Assembly: GCA_039942715.1 (NCBI GenBank)
Contig: JBDVBY010000011.1
Coordinates: 9,635-73,634 of the forward strand
DNA from: Paracoccaceae bacterium
GTDB taxonomy: Bacteria; Pseudomonadota; Alphaproteobacteria; Rhodobacterales; Rhodobacteraceae
DNA: 64,000 nucleotides
Direction: 5' to 3'
Shown here: in pieces, positions 1 to 9,125 of the stretch
Numbering within the stretch: position 1 is the first letter of the stretch
Layout: each line of letters starts with the position of its first letter
Made by a program: the position numbers and the translations under genes
Notes under the pieces: model-generated
The model's database searches: none
Told to the model about the DNA's origin: nothing
What the model saw: the letters and a program-made list of their open reading frames with translations, nothing else

Positions 1-964
1 GCTTGCGATACTCATCCAGCGTCGTTGCACCCACACAGTGCAACTCACCGCGCGCCAAAGCAGGTTTGAGCAGGTTAGACGCGTCCATCGCGCCATCAGC
101 TTTCCCAGCTCCAACAAGCGTGTGCATCTCGTCAATAAACAAGATCACTTCACCCGCCGCTGCCGTCACTTCAGACAACACGGCCTTAAGCCGCTCTTCA
201 AACTCACCGCGATACTTCGCACCAGCAATCAGAGCGCCCATGTCCAACGACAACAACGCTTTGTTCCGCAAGCTTTCTGGCACGTCACCATTCACAATGC
301 GAAGTGCCAAGCCCTCGGCAATCGCCGTCTTACCGACGCCGGGTTCGCCAATCAGAACCGGGTTATTCTTGGTACGACGTGACAAAACCTGCATCGTGCG
401 GCGAATTTCCTCATCGCGCCCAATGATGGGATCAATCTTGCCGTCGCGCGCCGCCTCAGTCAGATCGCGCGCATATTTCTTCAACGCCTCGAACGTATCC
501 TCTGCAGAGGCACTATCCGCCGTGCGCCCTTTGCGCACATCATTGATTGCAGAGTTCAATGCCTGTGCAGTCACAGCACCCGCATCCAATGCGTCCTTGG
601 CTTTCGACTTCACAACAGCCAGCGCGGTCAGCAACCGTTCAACCGGCACAAAACTATCGCCCGCTTTCTTGGCAATCTTCTCGGCCTCGGCCAAAACTTT
701 AACAGTCTGCTGATCCATATAAGTCTGACCAGCATCGCCGGTCACTTTCGGAATCTTTCCAAGCGCCAGATCAACAGCTTCAACCACACGATCCGGCGCA
801 CCACCCGCTTGTCGGATCAGATTGGCTGCGAGCCCCTGATCATCATCCATCAATGCCTTTAATACATGCTCGGGCGCCAGTTTCTGATGGCTTTCCCGCA
901 TTGCGATCGTTTGCGCCGCCTGCAAAAAGCCGCGCGACCGCTCCGTGAACTTCTCCAAGTCCAT
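1..964 (-). CDS. clpB: ATP-dependent chaperone ClpB, N-terminal ~320 codons (3' end lies outside the window)
   Basis: Absent from the ORF track because it runs off the left edge. Reverse-complement translation from ATG at 962-964 reads [18 protein letters not shown]...[41 protein letters not shown]...[49 protein letters not shown], i.e. ClpB N-domain plus NBD1 Walker A/B. RBS GAAGGAGAG lies upstream of the ATG. Confidence 0.93.
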   Translation of the reverse strand, partial: MDLEKFTERSRGFLQAAQTIAMRESHQKLAPEHVLKALMDDDQGLAANLIRQAGGAPDRVVEAVDLALGKIPKVTGDAGQTYMDQQTVKVLAEAEKIAKKAGDSFVPVERLLTALAVVKSKAKDALDAGAVTAQALNSAINDVRKGRTADSASAEDTFEALKKYARDLTEAARDGKIDPIIGRDEEIRRTMQVLSRRTKNNPVLIGEPGVGKTAIAEGLALRIVNGDVPESLRNKALLSLDMGALIAGAKYRGEFEERLKAVLSEVTAAAGEVILFIDEMHTLVGAGKADGAMDASNLLKPALARGELHCVGATTLDEYRK

Positions 965-1179
965 ATCGTCTCTCCTTCTCAAAGCGCCCAATTGAAAACA
1001 CCCGCTGTTGCGGCATGCTCTGTTGTGGGCCTCTTCAATAATGTGGGAACCAGTTCTTCGGTGTACAAGTCTACTGCCTTCTTCTTGATGAAAATATCTC
1101 AGGGTCTGGCAGCGCGCCAGTTTCTCTCCCTTGACCATGTTCGCCCAGAGCCCCAAAGACGTCCCTAAAGGAGTTAACA

Positions 1180-1890
1180 ATGTCCCAAACCCTCGCTGAT
1201 GACCGCCTGATTGTCGCTCTTGATGTTCCAAATGCATTGCAGGGCCTCGCTTTAGCGCAAAAACTCGGCGACAGCGTCGGTTTCTACAAGATTGGGCTGG
1301 GCATGCTGACAGGCGGCGGGCTTGCTCTGGCCAACGAGCTTAAAGACGAGATGGGCAAGCGCATCTTCCTAGACATGAAACTGTTCGACATCGGCGCAAC
1401 AGTTGAAGCAGCTGTGCGCGGCCTTGCTCAGTTCAACCATGATTTTCTGACGGTGCACGGCGACCCGCATGTAGTGCGCGCCGCAAAGGAAGGCGCCGCA
1501 AACTCCGACATGAAAGTCCTTGCGGTCACTGTTCTGACTTCCTTGGATCGTGAAGACCTTGACGCCAATCAAATCAAAGCAGGCGAAATTCCCGATCTTG
1601 TCGCCGAACGCGCAGCCCGCGCGTTCGAGGCTGGTGCAGACGGAGTCATCGCCTCTCCGCAAGAGGCCGCAATGATCCGCGCGCTGCCCCAATCAAAGGG
1701 ACGTCTTATTGTTACGCCCGGTGTGCGCCCTGCAGGCGCGGCGTTGGGCGATCAAAAACGTGTCATGACGCCGGGCAGTGCACTGGCCGAAGGGGCAGAC
1801 CATGTTGTCGTAGGACGCCCCATTCATCACGCACCAGACCCAAAAAAAGCAGTTCAAGAAATTCTGGAAGATTTCGCCGCTGCGATTTGA
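1180..1890 (+). CDS. pyrF: orotidine 5'-phosphate decarboxylase
   Basis: 236-aa ORF with LIVALDV...FYKIGLGM...[14 protein letters not shown]...LTVHG...VVGRPI motifs typical of PyrF. AAGGAG RBS 7 nt upstream of the ATG. Confidence 0.93.
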   Translation: MSQTLADDRLIVALDVPNALQGLALAQKLGDSVGFYKIGLGMLTGGGLALANELKDEMGKRIFLDMKLFDIGATVEAAVRGLAQFNHDFLTVHGDPHVVRAAKEGAANSDMKVLAVTVLTSLDREDLDANQIKAGEIPDLVAERAARAFEAGADGVIASPQEAAMIRALPQSKGRLIVTPGVRPAGAALGDQKRVMTPGSALAEGADHVVVGRPIHHAPDPKKAVQEILEDFAAAI

Positions 1891-2124
1891 CGTCGTTTCG
1901 CCCTGTCCAATTGTTTAAATTCGTTAAGAATTTAACCGCCCATTGTTCACGTTTTGATTGGCAATACCCTGCCTAAACGAAGATCGTCGTCAGATTGTTT
2001 ACCAAATGAGAACAGTAATGCCCCACAGTCACCGCTACCGTGGATTCACCATACGCAGTCCCTAATTCGGTCACATTTGATTGCTGTTTGAAACCATAGG
2101 GCTTTTTGGCAAAGGGGATTGTCA

Positions 2125-2760
2125 ATGACGACGACGGTCAAAGACATCACAACTGGAGACGTTTCGATCGCAGGCACGACCGGGCTTGTTACCGGCGCCA
2201 ATCTTCGCACTCCAATTGGCGCGCGCCGCGTTGAATTCTTCCGCCCTGGCGATTTGGTCGTCACACGCGACAATGGCCTTCAGCCCGTGCGCATGATTTG
2301 GACAAAAACAGTCACCGCCGCCGAAATGGCCGCTGACCCATCTCTGGCACCGATCACATTGGCCCAACGCGCAATAGGTCCGATGATGCCCCAGAAACAG
2401 GTTTCCATCGGCGGCGCCCACCGCTTGCTCGTACCAGGCTGGCGTCTTGATGATGTGGAAGACACCGAAAACTGTCTTGTGCCTGCGCGAGATCTTGAAG
2501 GATTGGGCGAAAAAACAGATTTCGGCGAAGAAGATATTACTTACTACAATATCGTGTTTGAAACACCGCAAGTGTTTTGTGCCAATGGCCTACCTATCGA
2601 AAGCTTCTCGCCCTGTAGCGAAATCCTGAAAATCGTCCCTAAAAAGGTTTGTGAAGACCTACGCACAACATTCCCCGATCTCAGCCCAAAGCTCGACGAT
2701 TACCCAGCACCACAATACAAAATGCGAGAACGGGTCTCCTACACCCCGACTTACGCCTAG
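2125..2760 (+). CDS. small Hint (Hedgehog/intein-like, bacterial intein-like) domain protein
   Basis: ORF track starts at TTG 2119. ATG at 2125 sits 6 nt after AAAGGGGA, so it is preferred. The sequence TGANLRTPIGARRVEFFRPGDLVVTRDNGLQPVRMIW...GGAHRLLVPG...ITYYNIVFETPQVFCANGLPIESFSP follows the pattern of Hint-domain proteins common in Rhodobacterales. Confidence 0.75.
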   Translation: MTTTVKDITTGDVSIAGTTGLVTGANLRTPIGARRVEFFRPGDLVVTRDNGLQPVRMIWTKTVTAAEMAADPSLAPITLAQRAIGPMMPQKQVSIGGAHRLLVPGWRLDDVEDTENCLVPARDLEGLGEKTDFGEEDITYYNIVFETPQVFCANGLPIESFSPCSEILKIVPKKVCEDLRTTFPDLSPKLDDYPAPQYKMRERVSYTPTYA

Positions 2761-3683
2761 GCTTCTTCCAAACGATCAGTTGCGGGCGCTGGTGTTTGCG
2801 AAAGCGCCGTGATCTGCGCATAAAGTGCGTCGTCCATGTCAATCTGCATCGCATCCAGCGACGGCTGCAACTGCTCAACAGATCGTCCCGAAATAATGGG
2901 ACCCCAAACAGCAGTGTTCTTAGCCACCCAAGCTACAGCAAGCGTTGCAGGGTGAATACCAGTCTCAGTTGCCAAAGCACTCAGCCCAATGGCAGCCTCA
3001 TGCATCCAACGCGGTCCATAACGTACCTTATAATCGTTATTCTCAACTAAACGCCCATTCTCACCATCTGCGTACTTACCAGTCAAAAGCCCACCGCCCA
3101 GCGGCGAATAGGGACACACATTCAGCCCTTCCGACGCTGCCATCGGCAAAATTTCCACCTCAACCTGACGTTTCACAAGGTTATACATCGGCTGTAAAAC
3201 CTCAGGCTTAATCCCATAGCCGCGCGCGATCTGCACAAATCGCATCACTTCCCAAGCTGCGAAGTTTGACAGGCCCACATGGCGCACCAAACCGGCATCA
3301 ACCAGCTTGGCAAGCCCCTCGGCCTGTTCTTCCATTGGCGTTTCAGGATCCAAGCGATGCAGATACAAAAGATCAACCACATCAACTCCAAGCCGCTTGC
3401 GAGAGATGTCAAAAGAATGCGCGATGTACTCGACAGTCGCCGGATGATCGTACCCGACCTTAGTCGCCACAAAAACGTCGTCGCGCTCGGCCGCGATCAG
3501 TGCTCCTAGAATGGTTTCAGAAGCACCGCCGGTATAAAGATGCGCTGTGTCAAAAAAATTGATCCCGGACTCACGACATCTCGCATACAACGCTGCGCTC
3601 GCCGCCTCATCGGCTTTTCCCCCGAACTGCATCGTGCCAAAGCTGAAACGGGATACATCACATCCTGAAAGCGTCTTCATCAC
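2757..3683 (-). CDS. aldo/keto reductase family oxidoreductase
   Basis: 308-aa ORF. FGTMQFGG...INFFDTAHLYTGGASETILG...LLYLHRLDP...VRHVGLSNFAAWE are AKR signature blocks. Confidence 0.9.
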   Translation of the reverse strand: MMKTLSGCDVSRFSFGTMQFGGKADEAASAALYARCRESGINFFDTAHLYTGGASETILGALIAAERDDVFVATKVGYDHPATVEYIAHSFDISRKRLGVDVVDLLYLHRLDPETPMEEQAEGLAKLVDAGLVRHVGLSNFAAWEVMRFVQIARGYGIKPEVLQPMYNLVKRQVEVEILPMAASEGLNVCPYSPLGGGLLTGKYADGENGRLVENNDYKVRYGPRWMHEAAIGLSALATETGIHPATLAVAWVAKNTAVWGPIISGRSVEQLQPSLDAMQIDMDDALYAQITALSQTPAPATDRLEEA

Positions 3684-3691
3684 TCACTCCG

Positions 3692-3722
3692 CAAAAGAAA
3701 AGGGCCGCCCTAAGGCGACCCC
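3692..3722 (-). terminator. intrinsic terminator downstream of the BMP substrate-binding gene
   Basis: The minus strand reads GGGUCGCC-UUAG-GGCGGCCC followed by UUUUCUUUUGC. This is an 8-bp GC-rich stem (one G-U pair) plus a U tract, 25 nt after the stop at 3747. Confidence 0.7.
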
Positions 3723-3746
3723 AATTCGTTTCAAAACACAAGGCGC

Positions 3747-4826
3747 TTAGTTAGGAATGTCGCCTGTGATGCCTTCGACATAAAAGCTCATACCAGCCAG
3801 CGTACCGTCGTCAGCTGTTTCGCCCTCGGCCAACCAAGCAGAACCGTCTTGCTTGTTAATCGGCCCCGTGAACGCATGATATGCACCCGATGCAAGATCG
3901 TCGCGCATGCCCATAGCTTCGGCTTTGATGTCCGCAGGCACAGTGTCTGTGATCTCGCCGATTTCAACCATGCCCGGTCCAATGCCGTCCCATGTGTCGG
4001 TGCTTTCCCATGTGCCATCCATCACCGCCTGAACACGCGCGATGTAGTACGGTGCCCAGTTGTCGATGATCGACGAAACACGTGGCTTTGGTGCATATTC
4101 CGACATGTCGGACGCCTGACCAAAGGTGATCACATTGCCAGCCTCGGCAGCTGCCGCCTGTGGTGCCGTTGAATCCGTGTGCTGCAAAATCACATCCGCA
4201 CCCTGCTCGATCAACGCTTTGGCCGCATCGGCCTCTTTCGCGGGATCAAACCAAGTATAGGCCCAAACAATGTTGAACTCGACATCAGGATTTACACGAG
4301 ACGCGTGCACGTAAGCAGCATTGATGCCACGAATAACCTCAGGAATTGGGAACGACGCGATGTAACCAACCTTGTTGGTCTGTGTCATCTTACCCGCGAT
4401 ATGCCCCTGAACCGCACGCCCTTCATAAAAACGTGCCGAGTAAGTTGAGACGTTGTCAGCGCGCTTATAGCCCGTCGCATGCTCAAACTTCACGTCAGGA
4501 AACTTTTCCGCCACGTTGATCGTCGGATCCATATAGCCAAACGATGTGGTGAAAATGATGTCAGCCCCCTGAAGTGCCATTTGCGTCATTGCACGCTCGG
4601 CATCGGCACCTTCAGGCACGCTTTCCTGATACACAGTCTCAACCTTGTCGCCGAATTCAGCTTCAACAGCCAAACGGCCTTTGTCGTGCTCGTATGTCCA
4701 GCCACCGTCACCGATAGGTCCGACATAGATAAAGCCAACTTTTACCGGCTCGTGCCCATCGGCAAAACCGGCAGTAGCCGCCAGCGTCGCGGCAGCAACG
4801 CTGGCAAGGAATGTACGTTTTCTCAT
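3747..4826 (-). CDS. BMP-family (purine nucleoside/nucleobase type) ABC transporter substrate-binding protein
   Basis: The ORF track gives 3747..4883. The internal ATG at 4826 is preceded by GGGGAGAG and begins MRKRTFLASVAAATLAATAGFADG (signal peptide). Body motifs VGFIYVGPIGDGGWTYEHD...YIASFPIPEVIRGINA are typical of the Bmp/PnrA family. Confidence 0.88.
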   Translation of the reverse strand: MRKRTFLASVAAATLAATAGFADGHEPVKVGFIYVGPIGDGGWTYEHDKGRLAVEAEFGDKVETVYQESVPEGADAERAMTQMALQGADIIFTTSFGYMDPTINVAEKFPDVKFEHATGYKRADNVSTYSARFYEGRAVQGHIAGKMTQTNKVGYIASFPIPEVIRGINAAYVHASRVNPDVEFNIVWAYTWFDPAKEADAAKALIEQGADVILQHTDSTAPQAAAAEAGNVITFGQASDMSEYAPKPRVSSIIDNWAPYYIARVQAVMDGTWESTDTWDGIGPGMVEIGEITDTVPADIKAEAMGMRDDLASGAYHAFTGPINKQDGSAWLAEGETADDGTLAGMSFYVEGITGDIPN

Positions 4827-4854
4827 TTTTCTCTCCCCAATGAGATGTTCCGCC

Positions 4855-5775
4855 TCAGTTCGAGGCATGAAAGGATCGTCCAAGCGACGCCGGCGCTGAC
4901 ATGGCCGACTTGTTGCGATCAGACGACATTATGACCAACACAAGGATGGTTATCAGGTAGGGCGACATGGACAAGAGCTCGACAGGAATTGCAAAGCCTG
5001 CCGCCTGCAAATTCAACTGTAAAACCGTCACGCCGCCAAAAAGGTAAGCGCCCAGCAAAACACGCCCGGCGCGCCAACTTGCAAAAACAACGATGGCCAA
5101 GGCAATCCAACCACGTCCAGCGGTCATGCCCTCGGTCCATTGTGGCACGATCACAAGGCTTAGAAACGCACCGCCCAGACCAGCACATGCGCCCCCAAAA
5201 GCAATCGCCGCAAACCGGGTGCCCCGCACAGAATAGCCCAACGCGTGTGCGGCCTCGTGACTTTCGCCAACAGCACGCAGGATCAGACCAGAGCGGGTGC
5301 GCTTGAAATACCACCAGACCACCAATACTAGCAGAAGCGACAAGTACACCATTGGATGCTGGTTAATGATCGGCGCGATAGCAGAGCTTTCGGGCATAAC
5401 ATCAATACGGGGCGAGTTCGGCGGTCTGATGCCCGTGTACCCCTGCCCCATCAAGCTGGATAGGCCCAACCCAAACAATGTAAGCGCAAGACCCGTCGCC
5501 ACTTGGTTCGACAAAAGCACCTGCGTCAAAAATCCGAAAAGCAGTGCCAAAATCGCCGACGCAACAGCCGCAGCCACAAATCCCAACGCGGGCGATCCAA
5601 CCTCAACAGCCGTGATAAACCCGGCAATCGCTCCAAGGATCATCATCCCTTCAACGCCCAGATTCAGAACACCCGACTTTTCGACCACCAATTCGCCCAT
5701 CGCGGCCAACAGGATTGGCGTGGACGCCACCATCAGCGAGGCAATCAAAAGAGTGGGGTCAATAGAGCCAAACAT
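4855..5775 (-). CDS. ABC transporter permease (BMP/nucleoside importer, second permease)
   Basis: 306-aa polytopic ORF with the LNLGVEGMMILGA motif typical of YufQ/NupQ-like permeases. Confidence 0.88.
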   Translation of the reverse strand: MFGSIDPTLLIASLMVASTPILLAAMGELVVEKSGVLNLGVEGMMILGAIAGFITAVEVGSPALGFVAAAVASAILALLFGFLTQVLLSNQVATGLALTLFGLGLSSLMGQGYTGIRPPNSPRIDVMPESSAIAPIINQHPMVYLSLLLVLVVWWYFKRTRSGLILRAVGESHEAAHALGYSVRGTRFAAIAFGGACAGLGGAFLSLVIVPQWTEGMTAGRGWIALAIVVFASWRAGRVLLGAYLFGGVTVLQLNLQAAGFAIPVELLSMSPYLITILVLVIMSSDRNKSAMSAPASLGRSFHASN

Positions 5776-6059
5776 CAGACCGGTGCTCCATGCATGATCA
5801 AATGAATGGACCCTGCCGTCACGGCCAAACCCAAAAACATGGCTGCAACATGCCCAAGGCTGGGGCGATGGCTAAGCGCCAGCTTGCGAAAAGCCGGAAC
5901 GAAAAAGGCCAGTGCAAAAAACGCAAAGACAACGAAGACATGAGCCAACACAAAGGCCACCGCGCCACTTGTCACATCCAGACCGCCAGACATGATCCGG
6001 TCATGCAGCATCCAGATCATCATCGCGGCCATCGCCGCCCCTATGGCAAATGGCTTCAT
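5775..6059 (-). CDS. hypothetical small membrane protein (94 aa, about 3 hydrophobic segments)
   Basis: Strong RBS (CAGGAGGGAAGC) 6 nt before the ATG at 6059. Its TGA overlaps the ATG of the downstream permease by 1 nt (TGATG). Hydrophobic, His-containing sequence. No family recognised. Confidence 0.55.
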   Translation of the reverse strand: MKPFAIGAAMAAMMIWMLHDRIMSGGLDVTSGAVAFVLAHVFVVFAFFALAFFVPAFRKLALSHRPSLGHVAAMFLGLAVTAGSIHLIMHGAPV

Positions 6060-6170
6060 AATTGCTTCCCTCCTGTCAGCGCGGATGTCGTCACTAGCCT
6101 AGCGATCAGAAATGGGTTGATTGATCCAAAGTCCATCAGATCACGCCACGCGTGTGGTCAGTCAAACGCA

Positions 6171-6530
6171 TCAAAAGAACCCCATTATCTGTTCAAGTGA
6201 CGCAAACCTAGAGGCAACAAATGCGACGGCAGCCCCGACTAAGAAACCGATCTTGCCATTGCGTTTGCGCCACCGCTCAAACGGGTTTGTTTGTGATGTC
6301 CCTGCTGGCGCAGCTTTGATCCAATTGGACGTGCCAAAATCCATAACCCAGTCAAAAGCGACCACAATAATATACATCACAATGGCGTACACAGTCAGAA
6401 CTATCACCGAAGCCCAGGCACCGGACACAATGAGTTCCGCCATTCCAAGCCCGACCAGACCTAAGAAAAAGCCAATGGCAGCGGACATCAGCGCCAAAAC
6501 GCCATCATAGATCAATGCTATCGGTTTCAT
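6171..6530 (-). CDS. hypothetical small membrane protein (119 aa, about 3 hydrophobic segments)
   Basis: Its ATG overlaps the stop of the upstream permease gene in an ATGA junction (6527-6530). Hydrophobic segments plus a basic loop (FERWRKRNGK). No family recognised. Confidence 0.55.
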   Translation of the reverse strand: MKPIALIYDGVLALMSAAIGFFLGLVGLGMAELIVSGAWASVIVLTVYAIVMYIIVVAFDWVMDFGTSNWIKAAPAGTSQTNPFERWRKRNGKIGFLVGAAVAFVASRFASLEQIMGFF

Positions 6531-7612
6531 GCTGTTTCCCTTGTTCCAATGCGCACTCGAAAATTCGTCAGCACGTCGAACGCAAGAAGGAAAAACAACA
6601 GCATTCCCTGAAACGCTTGGATCGCAGCCGCGGGCAATCCCATCGACGCCTGTGCCGCCTCACCTCCGATATATGTAAGCGCCATCAGCAATCCTGCAAG
6701 AAGGATGCCTATTGGGTGCAATCGACCCAAGAACGCCACGATGATCGCTGTGAACCCATAGCCAACGTTAAAATCGATGCTAATCTGCCCGCTAGGGCCA
6801 GCCACTTCGAACAGCCCGGCCATACCAGCCAAAGCACCTGATAAACCAAGACAAAACAGGATCAGGCGTGTCGGGTTCACCCCGGCAAAGCGCGCCGCAC
6901 GCGGGCTTTCCCCGGTAAGGCGAATGTTGAACCCCATGATATGACGGCTTAGCAAAACATAGGCAAAAATCACCGCAATAAAGGCAGCCACAACGCCCCA
7001 ATGCATACCCCAACCAGCGATCAACTCATTGTTCGCCGCACTGTCATAGTTGCGCAAATTGCGTGACCCCGGAAAGCCAGCGCCATCCGGATTGCGCAGA
7101 AAACTAAGCGCCGACCACGCCAGAATCTGCTCGGCCACATAGACCAGCAAAAGCGAGACAAGAATTTCATTCGTATTGAATTTCGTGCGCAAAACACCCG
7201 GTATCATCGCCCATAAACAGCCGCCCAAAGCGCCCGCAATGATCATCAACGGAAAAATCAGCCATCGCGCCTCCATTGGGTAAAACGCAAGGCCAACAGC
7301 TGCACCAAAGATCGCGCCCATGATGTACTGGCCTTCAGCGCCGATGTTCCAGATACCGGCGCGAAACCCTAGCGAAAGGCCGATGGCGATCAGGATCAAA
7401 GGGCCTGCTTTGACCAAAAGCTGACCACGATAATAAAACGCAAACTCGCCAAAGATCGGATCCCAAAAGATCGTTCGGATCGCCACCAACGGATCTTTCC
7501 CAAGAAACGCAAAAAGGAAACCGCCCGCAACCATTGTGGCCAGAACTGCCACCACGGGTGTCGCCCATGACCATGCTGTTGAGGGAAGCGGGCGCTTTTC
7601 AAGCCGGATCAT
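6527..7612 (-). CDS. ABC transporter permease (BMP/nucleoside importer, first permease)
   Basis: 361-aa polytopic ORF with IWNIGAEGQYIMGA, typical of YufP/NupP-like permeases. Overlaps the ATPase gene by 14 nt. Confidence 0.88.
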   Translation of the reverse strand: MIRLEKRPLPSTAWSWATPVVAVLATMVAGGFLFAFLGKDPLVAIRTIFWDPIFGEFAFYYRGQLLVKAGPLILIAIGLSLGFRAGIWNIGAEGQYIMGAIFGAAVGLAFYPMEARWLIFPLMIIAGALGGCLWAMIPGVLRTKFNTNEILVSLLLVYVAEQILAWSALSFLRNPDGAGFPGSRNLRNYDSAANNELIAGWGMHWGVVAAFIAVIFAYVLLSRHIMGFNIRLTGESPRAARFAGVNPTRLILFCLGLSGALAGMAGLFEVAGPSGQISIDFNVGYGFTAIIVAFLGRLHPIGILLAGLLMALTYIGGEAAQASMGLPAAAIQAFQGMLLFFLLAFDVLTNFRVRIGTRETA

Positions 7613-9125
7613 GTGCCACCTCCATCCCGTGTGCGCCGCCCATCATCAGGCCAATCTCATCAATCGTCAGGTCTTGCGTTGGGCGTGGTTCGCTCAGCCT
7701 GCCCTCATTCAAAGCCGCAAAGCGTGACGCAACTTCCATCAGTTCGTCCAAATCCTGACTGATCACAAGAACCGCCGCGCCACCTGCCGCCAGATCAAGC
7801 AAAGCTTGGCGAATAGATGCCGCCGCCGCCGCATCAACACCCCAGGTCGGCTGATTCACCACCAACACCTCAGGCGCTTGCAAAATCTCGCGACCAATTA
7901 CAAATTTCTGAAGGTTCCCGCCAGACAACGACCGCGCCGGATTAGCCGACCCCGGCGTCCGCACGTCAAATTTCGCGATAATTTCATCCGCAAACCCTCG
8001 CGCTTTGCCCCAATTGATGAAGTTGCGTGACACCATGCCTTTGCGCATCCAACCAGATAGAGCCGCATTCTCAACAAGGCTCATATCAGGGGCAGCCGCA
8101 TGACCAAGACGTTCCTCAGGAGCCGCCAAAAGTCCTATTTCACGTCTTTGGTTAGGTCCAAGATGCCCAATCGGTTCACCGTGCATCTGAACTGATCGCG
8201 GCTGTGTGATCAACTCACCAGAAAGAGCCGCTAGAAGCTCGTCTTGACCGTTTCCCGCAACCCCACCAATGCCAAGAACCTCGCCTTTTTGGATCTCAAG
8301 CGAAATGTCCTTTAGCGATGTACCGAATGGGTTCGGAGACGCGGCACTCAAAGCATCAATTTTAAGTGCAACATCTCCTAGATCATGCGCGCGCACCGCA
8401 GGCGTGGCCAATTCTGTGCCGACCATCATCTCGGCCATCTCGCGCGCCGATTGCTCACGTGGATCACACGACCCAACAACTTTGCCCAACCGCAAAATAG
8501 TCGCCCCATCACACAATGCGCGAATTTCTTCGAGTTTGTGACTGATATATAGGATCGACGTGCCCTCGCCTTGCAATTTACGCAGGGTTTCAAACAAGAT
8601 TTCAACTTCTTGGGGTGTCAAAACAGAGGTCGGCTCATCCATGATCAAAAGCTTGGGGTCTTGCAAAAGGCAGCGGATAATCTCGACCCGCTGACGCTCA
8701 CCAGCCGAAAGATCACCAACCATCTTTGCGGGATCAAGCGGCAGGCCATAGGTCTCGCTAACACGGCGAATGCTCTCTGAAAGCTCCCGCATCGCTGGGG
8801 GGTTTTCCATGCCCAGCGCTACGTTTTCAGCAACGTCCAACGCCTCAAACAGGGAAAAGTGCTGAAACACCATCGCGATGCCACTTTGACGCGCTTCGTG
8901 CGGGCTTTGCGGAGTGTAAGCCGTTCCATCAAACTGCATGATACCCGTGTCAGGGCGCACCAATCCATAAACCATTTTGACAAGCGTCGACTTTCCCGCA
9001 CCGTTCTCCCCAAGCAAAGCATGCACTTCGCCGCGCCCAACACTGAAACTCACCTCATCGTTTGCGACGACTCCGGGATAGGCCTTGCGCAGACCTTCAA
9101 CCGCCAAAAGTGGCGCGCCGCTCAT
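7599..9125 (-). CDS. ABC transporter ATP-binding protein with duplicated ATPase domains
   Basis: 508-aa ORF. First cassette has GENGAGKST (Walker A), LSAGERQRVEI (signature) and LLIMDEPT (Walker B). The second cassette is degenerate (GVAGNGQDEL, LSGGNLQK, VLVVNQPTWGVD), as in sugar/nucleoside importer ATPases. Confidence 0.92.
   Translation of the reverse strand: MSGAPLLAVEGLRKAYPGVVANDEVSFSVGRGEVHALLGENGAGKSTLVKMVYGLVRPDTGIMQFDGTAYTPQSPHEARQSGIAMVFQHFSLFEALDVAENVALGMENPPAMRELSESIRRVSETYGLPLDPAKMVGDLSAGERQRVEIIRCLLQDPKLLIMDEPTSVLTPQEVEILFETLRKLQGEGTSILYISHKLEEIRALCDGATILRLGKVVGSCDPREQSAREMAEMMVGTELATPAVRAHDLGDVALKIDALSAASPNPFGTSLKDISLEIQKGEVLGIGGVAGNGQDELLAALSGELITQPRSVQMHGEPIGHLGPNQRREIGLLAAPEERLGHAAAPDMSLVENAALSGWMRKGMVSRNFINWGKARGFADEIIAKFDVRTPGSANPARSLSGGNLQKFVIGREILQAPEVLVVNQPTWGVDAAAAASIRQALLDLAAGGAAVLVISQDLDELMEVASRFAALNEGRLSEPRPTQDLTIDEIGLMMGGAHGMEVAHDPA

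Noticed and set aside
3-713. 236-aa plus-strand ORF at the left edge
   Set aside because: It has a low-complexity Ala/Ser/Arg-rich translation from a TTG start and lies exactly antisense to an unmistakable clpB reading frame. This is a typical shadow ORF.
1040-1069. Possible sigma-32 promoter for clpB (minus strand CTTGTA-N16-CCCACATT)
   Set aside because: The -10 region fits neither CCCCATNT nor the alphaproteobacterial CYTATNT well. It is too weak to call without transcription start data.
866-1168. 100-aa plus-strand ORF spanning the clpB start and the clpB-pyrF spacer
   Set aside because: It overlaps the clpB 5' end in antisense, has no RBS and no recognisable motif. pyrF has its own RBS and start at 1180.
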